DNA of 64,000 nucleotides from Callorhinchus milii (Eukaryota). Location: assembly GCF_018977255.1 (NCBI RefSeq), contig NW_024704742.1:101558001-101622000 (forward strand), written 5' to 3'. This document shows, piece by piece, positions 61,521 to 64,000 of the stretch. The notes under the pieces are model-generated. The model saw only the letters and a program-made list of their open reading frames with translations, was not told the DNA's origin and made no database searches. A program made the position numbers and the translations under genes. The stretch's first letter is position 1. Each line of letters starts with the position of its first letter.

Positions 61521-63517
61521 GGAAAGAGTGCAACAAAATAGACAGAACAGAGAGAATTTTTTCCTGCTCTTCCCAACATAGAGCAATTTTGACATACACC
61601 TGATATTTATGCAGACAAGTTCCATCAATTTGCTAATGCTTACCTTCTGTTTTTTCGGTCACTATATTTTGCCGTTAGGATTTCCTCTCCTCTTTCCCAA
61701 TGTGGAATAAAACTTTTAGTGTGTGTAATTTTTTTTTTGAGCATCTACTTCGGCTCTGCTGTTAATAAACACTATTGAATCCTGGTTTCCTGGTGGGATG
61801 GATGCACCTCCCTCTTAAGTAGTTGCCAGGTAGTGGTCATGTTGAGCTTTGTGTCAGAGGACCCTTTGCTTGCCAGGCTGTGATCACTGCACTGCTTCCC
61901 ACTTGCTGGAAAGCACTGAGGAAGATGTGTTCCTCCCCCAGAATATATGAATATATAACTGAATTCACACCAAAAATATAGACACAACTCTTTTCATCGT
62001 TCAATCCTGTGAAGCATTTTGAGCTACCCTTCCGACCTGGTAGTCAAATGCAAGGATTATATTATGTATTGAAAATGTCTTAATCTTAAACCCGTGAAAA
62101 GGCTGAAAACACCAAGAGGGTGCCACAGAAACCCTGGCGTTACTGGAATACTGGGAACCAATGAAGCCTGACAAAGATGGGAGTATTGGTGTGAACAATC
62201 TAACAAAAAATAAGAATTAGTACATTTGGCATAATATCCTTCAATGCAGGAAGACTTCTCAAAAGCATTTCACAGATATACTGACAGTACTTTCTTGGCA
62301 ATTGCAGCAACCAATTTCCCTGAGGGATTGTTGGCCTGGACGTTGGGAGAGTTGGAGTTTGTGGAAAGTGGAGTCATCAAGGAGAGGATTGGAGAAGTCT
62401 AACAAAGGCAAGGATTATTATTATGGATAAAGTTTTCAGCTGCAAAGCGGGAGAGATAGGGGTGTAAGGAAGCAATTTTCTGAGGATGGAAGGAAGTAAT
62501 CTTGGCCAAGGACCAGATATAAAGTTTGAAGGTAAAGCAGAACATCCTCAGTTAACCATTGGCTCAATTATCTGGAGCGAGCAGATAAGGTTGATACAAG
62601 GTTAGAGCCAGACACAAGAAAATACGAGGCATAGCTGAACAAGAAGGCTTCAGTTTTGTTAACAATCAGCTTACGCCATTTATATTGCACTATTAAGAAT
62701 TGGAAAGATCTGGTGGCACTTCAGGAGAGTCAGCTTGATAAATTGCCCTGATTTCCATTTTACTGGCACCACGTTTAAAAGGAAGAAAATGAGAATGAGT
62801 CGATGCTTGTTTCAATTTCACAATTTCAGAAAATTATCCTGTTTACATCATAAATATCTATATTCTTGCAGAGTTTTACATTTGTGTTTATATACAGTCT
62901 GTTTGTATATTCTCTGCACTCTGAGACACTACCCTGCGTGAAGGGCGCTTCGTAAATACAAGTTGTTGTATAACCTAAGTCTGTGTTGCATTAGCTGTAA
63001 TTACAGCTGCATCAAAAGCATCAGTATGTAAAAATCCATAACTGTTTAAATTCTTCATGAGTTTCTACCATTTAGAGACCTAATAAATACTGAGAGATAT
63101 CATTCCATGATAAAAGATTATATTTTAATCCTCCTCTATTGCACATAAACTGCAGGATGTTACATAATAACATGATGGAAGTTGGCAAGGATATAAACCC
63201 TAACATTTTGTCGTAGCCACTTACAGTGTGTCAAGAGAACAGTTAACCAATAAACATTTGATACTGACACAGCAATCTACTCATACCTGCATGGATGTGG
63301 AAGGGTAAAAGAGGAATGGGCATGGAATCATGATGAACACTACAAGGAAAGTAGTCAGAACAAAACAATAGGAGAACTCTCATCTCTACAAAATAGCTGC
63401 TTTACTCAGATTAATGGCTAACATCAATTAGGTGTAATTCTATACCTGAGTATTTTATATCTGCACACATTATACAATATAATGCAGTATGCGCTAGATC
63501 ATTTTTCGGACATTGAA

Positions 63518-63603
63518 ATTTAATTCATAACACGCATTTTGTTGTGAACACAATGTATATTTATACATTGTGTTCACCACAAAATGATTGTTATGAATTA
63601 AAT
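63518..63603. repeat. Near-perfect 86-bp palindrome
   Basis: 42-bp arms with 3 mismatches around a TT spacer; inner 16 bp perfect (GTGAACACAATGTATA-TT-TATACATTGTGTTCAC). Confidence 0.95.
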
Positions 63604-64000
63604 CAGTTGTTTAGTAGGTTATCATAATTGTGTATACTACAGACATTTGTAAGAGCACAGACCTACCCTCAAGTCATAGTATGAGCAACAAATAAAATAT
63701 TACTCGATTTCCACAGATAATATAATTTTTTATAACTGTTCTGGAAAGAACGAACTACTCCAGTAGTTGCAAAAATTAAGTTTTCAAATTAATCCATCTA
63801 CAGCATAAATTAACCAGATCTTAATTCTTTGAGTGTTCAATGTAGCTGTTGGACATGCAGGTATTCCTGTGATTATATTAATTATTCTGTAACTCCAGAC
63901 AAATGTTGAGACAGGAATTATGCATATCATTTTACAATGCTTGAGGGATTCATTATCCATTAATGTAATTAAAATCTCAGTTCTGAACTCACCATAATTT

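Overview
AT-rich, repeat-dense eukaryotic non-coding DNA (intergenic or a long intron). The repeat families (L2 and CR1 LINEs, Deu-domain SINEs, a tRNA-Ala-like SINE with a (TTA)n tail, a Penelope-type terminal repeat) point to a cartilaginous fish, possibly a chimaera; that assignment is inference from recalled repeat families. I could not identify an intact host protein-coding gene. The ORF track is explained by LINE RT fragments, antisense or off-frame reads of repeats, and chance ORFs. Best-supported structures: (1) a complete non-autonomous LTR retroelement at 4432-7122 (minus strand) with ATGG target-site duplication (TSD), a tRNA-Ser primer-binding site (PBS), a polypurine tract (PPT), and a 3' LTR that lost its TATA/R/polyA segment between 6-bp microhomologies; (2) a SINE-L2 partnership with a covarying 3' stem-loop and several SINE subfamilies; (3) nested insertions that give a relative chronology; (4) a Penelope-associated minimal hammerhead ribozyme motif at about 61.3 kb; (5) a hAT-type MITE with an 8-bp TSD, a probable LF-SINE fragment, a decayed Gypsy-like pol, and two long AT-rich near-perfect palindromes. 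I see no evidence of a wholly new multi-gene system. Boundaries of old repeats are approximate (read by eye).
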